From Bugula neritina (taxonomy: Eukaryota > Animalia > Bryozoa), in the NCBI GenBank assembly GCA_964035545.1, contig OZ037768.1, forward strand, positions 682,001-746,000: a DNA stretch of 64,000 nucleotides, read 5' to 3'. Under the pieces are notes generated by a model. That model was not told where the DNA came from. It worked only from the letters and a program-made list of their open reading frames with translations, and did no database searches. The translations under genes were made by a program, and so were the position numbers. Shown here piece after piece: positions 52,701 to 64,000 of this stretch (within the stretch, counting starts at the first letter, position 1; the number at the start of each line of letters is the position of its first letter).

Positions 52701-55700
52701 TGCAGGTACATACAGTATATACAACTGTACATACAGTATATACAACTGTACATACAGTATATACAGCTGCAGGTACATACAGTATATACAACTGTACATA
52801 CAGTATATACAGCTGTACGTACAGTATGAACAACTGTACATACAGTATATACAGCTGTACGTACAGTATATACAGCTGCGGGTACATACAGTATATACAA
52901 CTGTACATACAGTATATACAGCTGTACATACATACAGTATATACAGCTGTACGTACAGTATATACAGCTGAACGTACGTACCAAGACATTTGTAAGTTCG
53001 AGGTGACCGATTGTTAGTAGTTAACGTCACAGCTATTGCCTGCACGTCAAACGCCTGCAGAAGGATAACTCTGCCTGCCGCTAAATACTTGACACATTGC
53101 GGGTGGGTCACTACACCAGCCTATAAAATGCAACAGAGAACATTTTATTAACACTATAAGTTATAAATTAGTATTGATAGGTTTTTTGCATAAGTTAAAT
53201 CCTTTGTTCTTAAATTTGTGAAACTTAGTTCAAGTCAAAAGAGACAGGTTTGGCTGAACTAATAAAGCAAAAAGTTTTGAATATATCAAGAAATGTAACA
53301 ATGTTGGTACGTGTAAGTCAGGCTATGTTTTACATTGTGTCGTCTAACAAGTGTTATCACTGGAAGCAAGGAAGACAACTCCTAATAATATTTTAGATAA
53401 ATTATTTAGTATAAACTTGCATGCAGTGTGCGTCTGAGTTGCTGATAAGCTTTGCATGCCTTGTAATATTGCTCTATATCCTTGGAACAATAGAAACAAT
53501 CTAAAATAATATATGTAATATATAGCTGAAAGTATACAGTAATATAGTTATAATATATGTAATATATAGCTGAGAGTATACAGTAATACAGTTATAATAC
53601 ACAATGAGAAGGAATAAGCAGTAAGTCATATGAAGGAGATGTAAGTCTCTACCTAGGTCTTGCAGGTTATTCACCCTCTTCCGGAGAGCGTGTAGTAAGT
53701 CCCGATCCTTCCCCTCATCTTTACGACTGGAGAACTCAGAGAATGACCTCTTTAACATGTCTTGCATGCGCAACTTCTCCACCCGAAGCAGATTCAATAT
53801 CATGGAGTATGTTAGTCTGAATCTTGACTCCAGCACAGTGAGTTTACCCTACAGAGTGTCAAGGGACAATCTACTAAGTGTCACGACACAACCTACTGAG
53901 TGTCATGACACAATCTACTGGTGTCACGAGACAACCTACTGAGTGTCACGAAACAACTTTTACACTGGAGACATCTTCCATTGTTGCTAGATTTTATGAT
54001 GTTTCAGTTTAGCAGTTTCAATGTCACTATAAATAACAGGCTTTTTAAGAACATATCATATGATACTTTTTCTAATCAAGAGCAACACATCTGTGATCAA
54101 TGTTAAGCACAAGAAAAAGGAGACAATTGAGGAAAAGAAGAGGAAACGGACCAGCATCATGCGACTGAGATCTGACAACTCCGGCACGTCTCCTTTGCAC
54201 AGAATGATGACAGTTCCTGTCGTATCGAGTCCACGGCGACCAGCTCGCCCGGCCATCTACAGCATAGCACAACTCCTAACTGTGTGTTATGTAGTATTAC
54301 AGCATAGCATAACTCCTAACTGTATGTTATATAGTAGTATTACAGCATAGCACAACTCCAAAGTGTATGTTATGTAGTAGTATTACAGCATAGCACAACT
54401 CCTAACTGTATGTTATATAGTAGTATTACAGTATAGCATAACTTCAAAGTGTATGTTACTATGTAGTAGTATTACTAAATACATAATAAATGTTGAGTTA
54501 GCCTGTGAATTACTAAGTTAAAGATGTGCGGGTGTAGCGGCATACAACTCCTCCCACCTGGATGTATTCTGCCGGCTTGAGATCTCTGAAGTTCATTCCG
54601 TCATGTTTTCTAATAGAGTCAAACACAACAGTGCGGGCGGGCATGTTCACCCCCATTGCAAATGTCTCAGTTGCAAACAAAATCTAAAACAAAGGGACCA
54701 AAATCCAACTATAAAAACACCATAGTACATTGGTGACTGATTTATGTACTTGGAAAAAGAATCACTCAAATATTACATACCAATAAGATAATAAATTCAA
54801 ACACTTTCAACGCAGTACACATTTATTTTAAACTAAACATGTTTCTACTCCCCACCAGCATGAGCTAGCATAGAATGAGTAGATAGACAGTAATTGATGT
54901 CAGCATAGAATGAGTGAATAGGCAGTAATATGAGTCAGCATAGAATGAGTAGATAGACAGTAATATGAGTCAGCATAGAATGAGTAGACAGACAGTAATA
55001 TGAGTCAGCATAGAATGAGTGGATAGACAGCAATATGAGTCAGCATAGAATGAGTAGACAGACAGTAATATGAGTCAGCATAGAATGAGTAGACAGACAG
55101 TAATATGAGTCAGCATAGAATGAGTAGACAGGCAGTAATATGAGTCAGCATAGAGTGAGTAGATAGGCAGCAATATGAGTCAGCATAGAATGAGTAGATA
55201 GGCAGCAATATGAGTCAGCATAGAATGAGTAGACAGACAGTAATATGAGTCAGCATAGAGTGAGTAGATAGGCAGCAATATGAGTCAGCATAGAATGAGT
55301 AGATAGGCAGCAATATGAGTCAGCATAGAATGAGTAGACAGACAGTAATATGAGTCAGCATAGAATGAGTAGACAGACAGTAATATGAGTCAGCATAGAG
55401 TGAGTAGATAGGCAGCAATATGAGTCAGCATAGAATGAGTAGATAGGCAGCAATATGAGTCAGCATAGAATGAGTGGATAGACAGCAATATCCCTATTAT
55501 CTGAAAGCCACCAGAGCAGTCTAAGATGTTCACCTTGAGAAGACCTTGCTGGAACAGGAGTTCCACTATTTCCTTTAGGATGGGCAGAACTCCACTGTGA
55601 TGTATACCAATACCTCTACTCAGTAGGTTTGATACGTACTTCACCTGAGGTAACTCCTTGTCCGAACCCTTCAACCTATCAATACTTCTCTTAATGAAGA

Positions 55701-58700
55701 CATGGATCTTAGATTTCTCAATACTACTCGTCAGATCCACGCTGGTCAGGTGACTGGAGTTTTCATCTATCCGTTTCTTACTGTAAAATAATGTGAATAC
55801 TAAACAACAATAATAACCTGAAGGTAGAGTATTACTAACCTGAGGATAGAGTATTACTAACCTGAGGGTAGAGTATTACTAACCTGAGGATAGAGTATTA
55901 CTAACCTGAAGGTAGAGTATTACTAACCTGAGGGTAGAGTATTACTAACCTGAGGATAGAGTATTACTAACCTGAGGGTAGAGTATTACTAACCTGAGGA
56001 TAGAGTATTACTAACCTGAAGGTAGAGTATTACTAACCTGAGGGTAGAGTGTTACTAACCTGAGGGTAGAGTATTACTAACCTGAGGATAGAGTATTACT
56101 AACCTGAAGGTAGAGTATTACTAACCTGAGGGTAGAGTGTTACTAACCTGAGGGTAGAGTATTACTAACCTGAGGGTAGAGTGTTACTAACCTGAGGGTA
56201 GAGTATTACTAACCTGAGGGTAGAGTATGACTAACCTGAAGGTGAAGGCCACAGCCGGGAGTTTATCGCTTTTTCTCAACATCTCAATAACAGAGAGCCA
56301 CACATTTTTATCCTTGAATATATATTATAAAATCAGATCTACATAATATATATGCTCATAATATATCGATATAATATATATGTTCACATATCTATACAAC
56401 ATATATAATACACTCATATGTATATTACATATAAACTTGACTCACACTGGAGAAATTTCCGCTCGTTCGAATACCTTTGGGGCCCGTCGTATGCGACCTT
56501 GAACTTGCTCTCTCTTTCTTGGCAGCCAACGCCTTCTTATAACTGCAGCAAACAGGCTTGCATATTTGGTTACTGAATTCAACAGCCTCTCCCCAAAACA
56601 CTATCATTTGTAGCAATTCAGTAAAGATTATTGGTTGGGGCAATACGAGCACAACTGAGTTGGTGATTTTAGTAAATTGTCTGAATACTAGAATACCCAA
56701 GTACTAAAACACTCAAATGCTAGAACTGGAAGTACTTGAACTGAGACAAGTACTTCAGTTAGAGTGACTTATACCCAGCTTGAGTTCCCAGCAGTTAGAA
56801 TAAGATTAACTCTCCATTTTGATATTATAGATAAAATAGTGTGTGGCCTCATCACCCACCCCAACTCCTGCAGCTTGGAATTTGAGTCTACAAGCAAGAA
56901 GAGCTCTTTACTGGTCTTAGCTGAGTTCCCCGTATACAGGAAATGCTCTAACGGGACGGGACGCTTAGAAGTGCAAACGACGTGAACTTTCCTCTTTTTA
57001 GTCCGCCTGCAACAACATAACTCAGACTGAAAAACTGCACTAAGGGAGATAACTACAATAGGGAGACTATTTCACATATAAGTGTATAGAAAGATGCTGA
57101 CTTCTTATGAAAGAGTAGGATAGCCTTAGTTCTTACCCAACCCAGCTGGCGAAGTCCATATAGTTGGGTACCGTAGCGGATAGGAGGATGATGTTGACGT
57201 GCTCAGGCAACATGATGATCACTTCCTCCCAAACTACGCCTCTCTACGATACATGATATGATATAATATATAATATATTATATGATGTAATATATATGAT
57301 ACAGCCCTGGGTCTAGTATATAATATAGTACATACATATACAGTATGTATATTATAGTATAGTATGTGTATAGTATAGTATGTATATATACAGTACGTAT
57401 AGTATGTATATACTATATACTATATAGTACGGTATAGTATAGTACGTATAGTATAATATACTAGTACCTCAGCATCATTGATGTAGTGCACCTCATCAAA
57501 TATGACCCACTCGACGTCACGGATGATGTCTGACCCGCCATACAGCATTGACCTTAGAATCTCCGTAGTCATGATCAGACACGTAGCCTCAGGGTTCAGC
57601 TGAATGTCCCCCGTTATCAGCCCAACATCTTCGAAGGTAAGCTTGAAGTCGCGAAACTTCTGGTTAGAGAGAGCTTTGATGGGAGAGGTGTATATAGCCC
57701 GGGTCATGTGCTTCTTGCACAACGCAATGGCGTACTCAGCCACTACAGTCTTACCTGCGGACGTGTGTGCCGCCACAAACACATTCTCATGACTCTCCAG
57801 ACACAAGACGGCTTGCTTTTGGAACACGTCCAGCTCAAAGGGCCACTGGAAGAGTAAATGAGTCTCAGCATATAGTACCCAGTCTGTAAGGACTATAACA
57901 CCAGTCTGTAAGGTCTACAACACCAGTCTATAAGGTCTATAATACCAGTCTATAATACCTGTAGTATTGCTTACCTTGTACGCCATGTCAGGCACTCTTT
58001 GGTGGAAATCCTCAATGGGCTCGGTGACGCTGAGTCTAACAGCGAACTCGGTGTCCTTGACCTCGGGAACAACTGTCTCCATGTCAGATAGAATGAGAAC
58101 CTTAGAATCCTGCAGTAGAAGTACACAAGATCTACAATCTAAGTCTCTAACAATGGCTACTAGTATTCAGACAAAGAGTCATTGTATCATATAACTAAAC
58201 AGAGAATCTGCGAGTTGAAACCCACAAGCCTCAGTAACTTCCTGTATGCCACCGACCTTAGTGAGTTCTTCGATGACATCATCCACACCATCTCCGTCCT
58301 CCGGCAGCATGGCGGCAGCAGATGAACCAGCTTCTTCACCATCCGAGTCATCATCTCCTGAGGAGTCAAACTCAAACAGGTTCTCCGGAGAGTGGAGGTC
58401 GGTGAGTTTGATGTCAGCAGGACTTGTGGAAGTATCGGCAGCAGTCAGCCCTCCAGGGAGACCTGGAGCTACCGTTCTGTATTCTAGAAAGTTCCAAAGA
58501 AGAAATGCAAGAGAGTTACTACGGTGTGCAGTTGCTATGGTTTCAGTAGTCACCTTCTGAGGGAGCTTGAGATTTGCTGACTTTAACTAACATAATATTA
58601 CTACATGCTGTGAAAAAGATAAGCTGGCGCCACTAAGGCAATCGTCTTCTCTACCAAAACTTTTAATAGAATGCTTTTTTTCCCAGATCATAGAATTCAG

Positions 58701-59900
58701 TTTTCCCATGCATCTATTTATATTTTCTATTTCAGTAAATCTCACATTATCAGTGAGAGAGAAACCAGAAACCTTTTTATTCATCAAAAACGTTAAATAG
58801 AACAAAAAACAATTAGATAGAAGAAAATATAAATTTGACAAAATTTAATAAAAAATTTCCAACAGTCACAGCAACACTTGGAATGTCTTAAGAGAGATGA
58901 GCGATACGCCACCTTTCCATTCAGTGGTGAGTGGATCAACAGAAGTATCTAGTGGTGGATCAAAACCCCCAGGCCAGAAGGGAAGATTGCTGGAGCTTCC
59001 CTTGACACCACTGCCAGGTTCAGGAGCTCTTAGCATAGAAAAGCTGTCTGCAGCTGAGCAGCCAGACCCGCTGTTTACTCTCTACAAACAGAACAGAGGT
59101 GCTTGCTTTCAGAGATCACTCAGAGTCGCCACTCAACTGGTATAACAGATATGGCCTTGGTGCTGGGAAAGGGAGTCAGACTGCAAACACCAACCTCAGT
59201 AAACGCAAGTACTTCCCCCGTCCGGTAATCTCGTTCCACTGCAAGCTCGTAGGTTGGTGGCAGAGTAGAAACTTTCAACAAGTTTGAGAAGTCAAATTCT
59301 CGTGGGACGTACCTAACAGAGTATGAGAGTGTGTCCATGCAACGCTATGGTAACCTAACAGAGTATGAGAGTGTGTCCATGCAACGCTATGGTAACTTAG
59401 TATACTAGTATGAAAGTGTGTCCACACAACGCTATGGTAACCTAACAGAGTATGAGAGTGTGTCCACACAACGCTATGGTAACTTATTATACTAGTATGT
59501 GAGTGTGTCCACACAACGCTATGGTAACCTACTAAAAGAGCTATTGAATAAATTGAGAAAGAAATTTTTAATTTAGAATCAAATCATTTAATTAATAGTA
59601 AAAATATGAGATGTCATTTCCCAAACCCTTGCTTACTTCTGCTGCTTTCTGTAATCATGTATTGGCAAGTCTTCTACATTCTCCAGATGTTCCAGCAGCT
59701 TCTCCTCAATACTCTTCCATACTGGTGGTATCCCATTGGGTAACTGTATTATTAACATAAAGTGAGCAAGTAGAGAATTTGAAAGACTATTTCATTACTC
59801 TGGAAGCTTACAAGAAAAAATGAATTGATTTGAAATTAAACAATGCTATACTCACAATTACCGACAGTGCATCTGCCGCCTGTTTATCATCAGCTGCCAT
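49736..59900 (-). CDS. SKIV2L: SKI2-like DExH RNA helicase (SKI complex)
   Basis: Motifs [68 protein letters not shown]. Exons 59856-59900, 59637-59743, 59195-59312, 58913-59081, 58257-58483, 57975-58109, 57468-57845, 57137-57243, 56860-57006, 56446-56542, 56236-56312, 55534-55780, 54558-54683, 54152-54256, 53653-53848, 53421-53500, 52982-53120, 52043-52274, 51545-51746, 51173-51334, 50676-50843, 50255-50395, 49736-49936. Confidence 0.96.
51778..52980. repeat. 21-bp array (51778-52014) and ~21-25-bp TACAGCTGTA-containing array (52310-52980) in SKIV2L introns
   Basis: Direct inspection. Confidence 0.92.
54885..56241. repeat. 35-bp array (54885-55490) and 22-bp array (55814-56241) in SKIV2L introns
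   Basis: Direct inspection. Confidence 0.93.
59311..59532. repeat. ~43-47-bp array copying a SKIV2L acceptor
   Basis: Units contain minus-strand CTCTGTTAG|GT. Confidence 0.85.
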
Positions 59901-60743
59901 TGTTATCATGCAGTTGTAACCAGTATCCTGGATATCATATCACGCTATGATGTATAGCAATCCCATCATCAGCTTTACAAACTAGATATACATTAATACT
60001 ATAAACAAAATAAACTTAGCTGTGGCTTGAAAGTGCGCTTTGTACGGACAACATAAAGCAGTTAAGCTAAATACCTGCTACTTTTAAACATGGCTTTTTA
60101 TAGGAATAGCCATGTAAATTGTAATGTCATTGGGATCATCGTCATGCAAAAGTTTGTGACAATTGAAACTTATTGGAAATGTAAATCATTTTTATTTTGT
60201 TTATTTATTGTTCGAGGCCAACTAACTCATTAGCAACTGATGTTTGTGACAAGCATGCTATTGGACTTGGTGTTATAATACCTCACTCAGCCTGAGAGTG
60301 AGACCAAGTGAGAGTAACATTCCGAGTCTCAGACTTAAAGTCAAAGTCAAAGACAAATTCAAAGTCATACTAACAGTCACTGCGACACTCACACTGACTG
60401 TCAATACAGAAACGCCAATGGCAGGCTGAAACTATTTAAGGGACCGGCGTAAAAGATTGCTTTCGTGTTTAGTATACAAAAACAATGCAAGATAGGGAAA
60501 ATGCGGTTCAAATAGTGACAATAACAAAAATGAAATAAAAAAATCTGCCTCATACCTGCATGAGAATAAATAAAATTATTCGGAATTTCCCCGTAAACTT
60601 AGTTGGATGTTTTAAGTATAAATGCGTGCGCTTGTGAGTAGGCCCGAAATGCTGATAATTTTCAGGCCAGGTGGCAGCGTTTCCTCGATTAAAAAGACAA
60701 CTCCCAAGTGAGGATACTTATCACCTCCGTAGCAATGGAATAT

Positions 60744-61095
60744 TGTAGTAATTTGTGCAATTACTGAGCGTGAGTTATTTACTTGCGTATAGTTAGCTGG
60801 TTATTCTGTTATCAATTACTAGGGTAGCTGTCGAGTAATTATATTTATTATCCACAATAAAGCATAAACCAAACATCACATCAAATTATCCTATACAAGA
60901 GTCGACTACTAACACATGTTACTACTACAAGCCTCCGCTTACAACAACGTGATATAATGCTAATAACCCGGGAAGTGTCACGTGACTCGGAAGCATCTCT
61001 TCCGGAGCTGCTAATTGGTTGCTACATAAGAGTCTAAGTATTCCAAGAATAGGGAGAGGGCGATTCCTGTATTTGTACTTGCACTACTCACTACA
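60744..61095 (-). repeat. 3' LTR (~352 bp)
   Basis: Begins TGTAGTG directly after the PPT and ends ATTACTACA (6-bp terminal inverted repeat); AATAAA on the minus strand at 60844-60849. The 5' LTR is outside the window, so the TSD cannot be verified. Confidence 0.7.
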
Positions 61096-61387
61096 CCGTC
61101 CCCCCCCCAGCAGAAAGCCCTACTTTCTGATAACACAATAAAAAAACATAATGAAAAACCATACAATAATCCAAAAAGGAAATATTCATAAGTAAACCCA
61201 CAAAGAGTAAGAAAAGAAATAGTTAAACACGACAACGTTTACATTAGAAGACAACAGGGTGATCGATCACACACATCTAGTCAGCTATTAAGAGAGAGGG
61301 TGCTTACCAGCACGCGGGCCAATGTCGGAGCGCTCGTCACATCCTAAACGAGCTATAGCTCAACGAAGGTGCCTACCCCAGGCATTC

Positions 61388-62101
61388 TCATTGGTTGGAC
61401 TCTGCTTCTTGTAGCGACCGTGCTCTGTGTCGAGCCTGTCGGGCCCGTAGCCGCCTCTTCAGTCGTCCCACTGAGTCCTTCAACTGGTATAGACCTGTCG
61501 TCGTATCCAGCAAGTCAGGGGCAAGTTGTGTGAACTCGGCTTGCAGTCTTAGAAGCCGCTCTTCTACGTTAGCCAGCTGGCTAGGTCTTGGTGGGGTTAT
61601 GGGGGTCTCCGTTATACGGGATATGGTTGTTTCTTCTACTTCTGGGGTGTTGCTAGGGTTGACGGGGGTAGGAGGTGGGCCCTGAACCATAGGGGACTTA
61701 TGGCGGGCAGATAGTAACAGTACGTGAAACCCGGACGTTAGTGCGGCCAGGGTAATAGCCTTCCTGATGACTGGCTTGATGGCATCCAGGTATAGGGGGA
61801 AACTGTCTTCATCAACAGTGTGGTTCTCTCCGGCGAAGCAGCTTAGCTTATGTACTGTCACGGGATACGGGTAGACGTCGTGGAACCCGCAGGGACAGAA
61901 GTGGAGTAGGAAATGGGCATCTACATGTAAACGCAAGGAGCGGTGTGACGGGCACTCCTCAAAGCAGACCTGGCAGGTTCGGTGTGGTCCACTGGGTCCC
62001 CAGGCTTCTTCAATTCTCCTCTCTGTCGTGGGTGACACCCAACGGTGTCGTCGGCGGAGTACTACTGGTATGCCATTCTCCATTACAGGCTCTTCTTCCA
62101 T
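61388..62101 (-). CDS. retroelement accessory ORF (237 aa from MEEEP), two zinc-finger-like motifs plus C-terminal coiled coil
   Basis: CQVC-x12-H-x3-H followed by CPC...H-x3-C; heptad-rich C-terminus (LANVEERLLRLQAEFTQL...LKDSVGRLKRRL); lies between pol and the PPT. Confidence 0.7.
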   Translation of the reverse strand: MEEEPVMENGIPVVLRRRHRWVSPTTERRIEEAWGPSGPHRTCQVCFEECPSHRSLRLHVDAHFLLHFCPCGFHDVYPYPVTVHKLSCFAGENHTVDEDSFPLYLDAIKPVIRKAITLAALTSGFHVLLLSARHKSPMVQGPPPTPVNPSNTPEVEETTISRITETPITPPRPSQLANVEERLLRLQAEFTQLAPDLLDTTTGLYQLKDSVGRLKRRLRARQARHRARSLQEAESNQ

Positions 62102-62458
62102 AGACAGAGAGGTTGGCTGGTCCCGTGACCGGGAGGTGGTCACTCGAGTGTGATCTGAAAGAGTAGCAGTGTTAAAGATTATACACTGAGGCACCGTCGG
62201 CGTGTACAGCCTGACCGGTACTCTGTTCAGTTACACTCGTGAGATTCAGGCTAATGAATAGTTGATGGAGAACACACTCGCTATGATAGATTATTTAAAA
62301 TCAAAGTCGACGTGTATTCCCACCACTGTTTATCATTATCGAATCTCCAGCTAGCTAGTGTAGCTGACTGATGCAGTCTAGTTATCGTACCAAAAACATA
62401 ATTAACTCACCCTTCGATCCAGAATAGTAAGACATTTTGGAATGAAAGTGGTATCTGA

Positions 62459-64000
62459 TTACTGTTTACTGGCACGTCTACTCTCGACTGCATCAACATA
62501 GGAAAAGACCGGACAGCGTGGTTGTGAAACGTGACTAGGGCTTTTCACTTCCAGCGGATGAATCTCGTGTGAGATTCCGCCGAGGCAAAAGTTGAGATTC
62601 TCGTGGTGATCACAACTCCCACGGCTCTTTGCCTGTTTTCCCATGCGAGGCCTCTCTAGACTTTTGTTACTGCCGCTTATACCGCGGTCACGTACACAGT
62701 CTCTGAGACACGCTGGAAGTTGCCTAGTGTGTGGTGCTGGTCCTATGTTGGCATCTCCTTGCGGAGCCCCTCCCACGGGGGGTTTTTGCACTTCCGGACC
62801 TGTTTCTGGTTCCGGAAGTGGTGATGATGGCAGGCTTGACGTTGGGGGCGGTGGGCGCACTTTCAAGGACGGAAGTGGCCTTTCTCGCCTCGCCAAGTCT
62901 TCCTGACGTGTCATGGAGGTGTTTCCGGCCAGGTTGACAGTCTCCGCCTGCCGAGACCTTCTCGCACAATGCGTCTGCCGCCCCGCTTCACCAGGGAGAC
63001 GGCTATGCTTGTTGGTCTGGCAGACTTTGCACCGTCTCACTCTGTGTCGGATATCCCGTTCCATGTTAGGCCAGTACCACCGGAGTTGTAACTTGGTGAC
63101 CACCCCTTGGACTCCTCCGTGAGTCTCCTCGTGAGTGTCTTGTATCAACTTCCGGCGGATGGCAACTGGGCAGACAACCCTCTTCCTGGCTGGCTGTCTG
63201 CTGTTGGTGGCCAAGGTCATGGTTAGCAGACCATCTGGCCCGACCCGCAGAGAGCTCCAACGTTGACAGTACAGCCGTAACTCGGCGCATCCCTGTCGCC
63301 GTTGTGTACTACTGGGTCGTCGCCCCTCCTGTTTCGCTCGGTACACGTCGGCTACCACCCCAGGAAGGCATTCCTGGAGCTTCGGCAGCTCCCTAACGTT
63401 ACCAGCCCATACAGGTTTGGCGCGGAGGCTCTGGGCAGCCTCCGGGGGCGTGTCAGCCCTCTGTTGAAGTGGCTGAGCAGGGGCGGTCCTCGCCGCCCGT
63501 GGTACTTCACGGCAGCCTGCTCTATTTAGGCGGGCTCCGTGGTTTGTGTGGCTGAACGCCTCACTGTACCCATGTGGCAACCTAGCCATAGCCTGGCGCT
63601 TCCCGTTGCCTGTGCAGCCACGCGTCCCTGGAGGAGGGGAGGCGTGGGTTGGGACGGTCCTCCGCCCTCGAGACGGGCTCTGCTGAGGACCTTCCGTCGT
63701 AGCTCCCGACGACGGCCCAATGGCTTCCTCCTGGACAGGATGGAAGCGACCCAGCATGGATCTGGGTGGTAGGTCTACTGTCTCTGAGAAGGGGTTGACA
63801 CACTGCACTGAGATCTCTCCTTGCCCCGTGAGCCGGCTAAAACTACGGGCAAGTTGGACTCTCGAGTGCGTACTTTCGACAACTCCCAACTTAGAGGTTT
63901 GGCCACCGTCTACCTTGCAGCGGACGGTAGCCCGGGAGTGGCCTGGTATAGTACAGCTCCGTACTACCTGCACTGCTCCCGCTAGAGGACGACCAAACTT
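62459..64000 (-). CDS. truncated Gypsy Pol: post-protease linker plus integrase zinc-binding domain; RT/RNase H and DDE core absent
   Basis: Frame is open from the window edge (KFGRPLAGAVQVVRSCTIPG) to 62459; contains THEETHGG...YWPNMERDIRHRVRRCKVCQ; no YxDD, RNase H or D,D35E motifs seen. Confidence 0.75.
   Translation of the reverse strand, partial: KFGRPLAGAVQVVRSCTIPGHSRATVRCKVDGGQTSKLGVVESTHSRVQLARSFSRLTGQGEISVQCVNPFSETVDLPPRSMLGRFHPVQEEAIGPSSGATTEGPQQSPSRGRRTVPTHASPPPGTRGCTGNGKRQAMARLPHGYSEAFSHTNHGARLNRAGCREVPRAARTAPAQPLQQRADTPPEAAQSLRAKPVWAGNVRELPKLQECLPGVVADVYRAKQEGRRPSSTQRRQGCAELRLYCQRWSSLRVGPDGLLTMTLATNSRQPARKRVVCPVAIRRKLIQDTHEETHGGVQGVVTKLQLRWYWPNMERDIRHRVRRCKVCQTNKHSRLPGEAGRQTHCARRSRQAETVNLAGNTSMTRQEDLARRERPLPSLKVRPPPPTSSLPSSPLPEPETGPEVQKPPVGGAPQGDANIGPAPHTRQLPACLRDCVRDRGISGSNKSLERPRMGKQAKSRGSCDHHENLNFCLGGISHEIHPLEVKSPSHVSQPRCPVFSYVDAVESRRASKQ

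Larger units (their letters stand above)
60744..64000 (-). mobile_element. Ty3/Gypsy-type LTR retrotransposon, 3' part, internally deleted (non-autonomous)
   Basis: GC-rich block with a pol-like ORF containing an integrase HHCC zinc finger, a G-rich polypurine tract (61096-61108, minus GGGGGGGGGGACGG) immediately before TG, and an LTR bounded by TGTAGT...ACTACA. Confidence 0.85.

Noticed and set aside
52198-53017. Overlapping 230-260-aa ORFs on both strands
   Set aside because: Palindromic intronic repeat; only the SKIV2L exon parts (52982-53120, 52043-52274) are coding.
60271-60526. Possible solo LTR (TGTTAT...ATAACA)
   Set aside because: No target-site duplication and no second copy in the window.
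61395-63803. Multiple antisense and alternate-frame ORFs in the retroelement
   Set aside because: Expected shadows of GC-rich coding sequence.

Overview
AT-rich genomic DNA from an intron-rich invertebrate animal (taxon not assignable from the sequence). Exon chains were reconstructed by hand with consistent splice phases for five genes: the 5' part of a PDE10A-like phosphodiesterase (-, runs off the left edge), a divergent EF-hand NADPH oxidase of the NOX5 type (-), CEP112 (-), NDUFA10 (+) and SKIV2L/SKIC2 (-). The right end holds the 3' part of a Gypsy-type LTR retroelement. Its pol frame is open but lacks RT/RNase H and the integrase core, and it has an extra env-position zinc-finger/coiled-coil ORF flanked by splice signals. 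The most striking window-wide pattern is that many introns carry their own private minisatellite, often an amplified copy of the adjacent splice junction, giving tens of decoy donors/acceptors and some recursive-type CAG|GT units. Most long ORFs in the track are repeat artefacts. All homology calls are from recalled family motifs; no searches were run.
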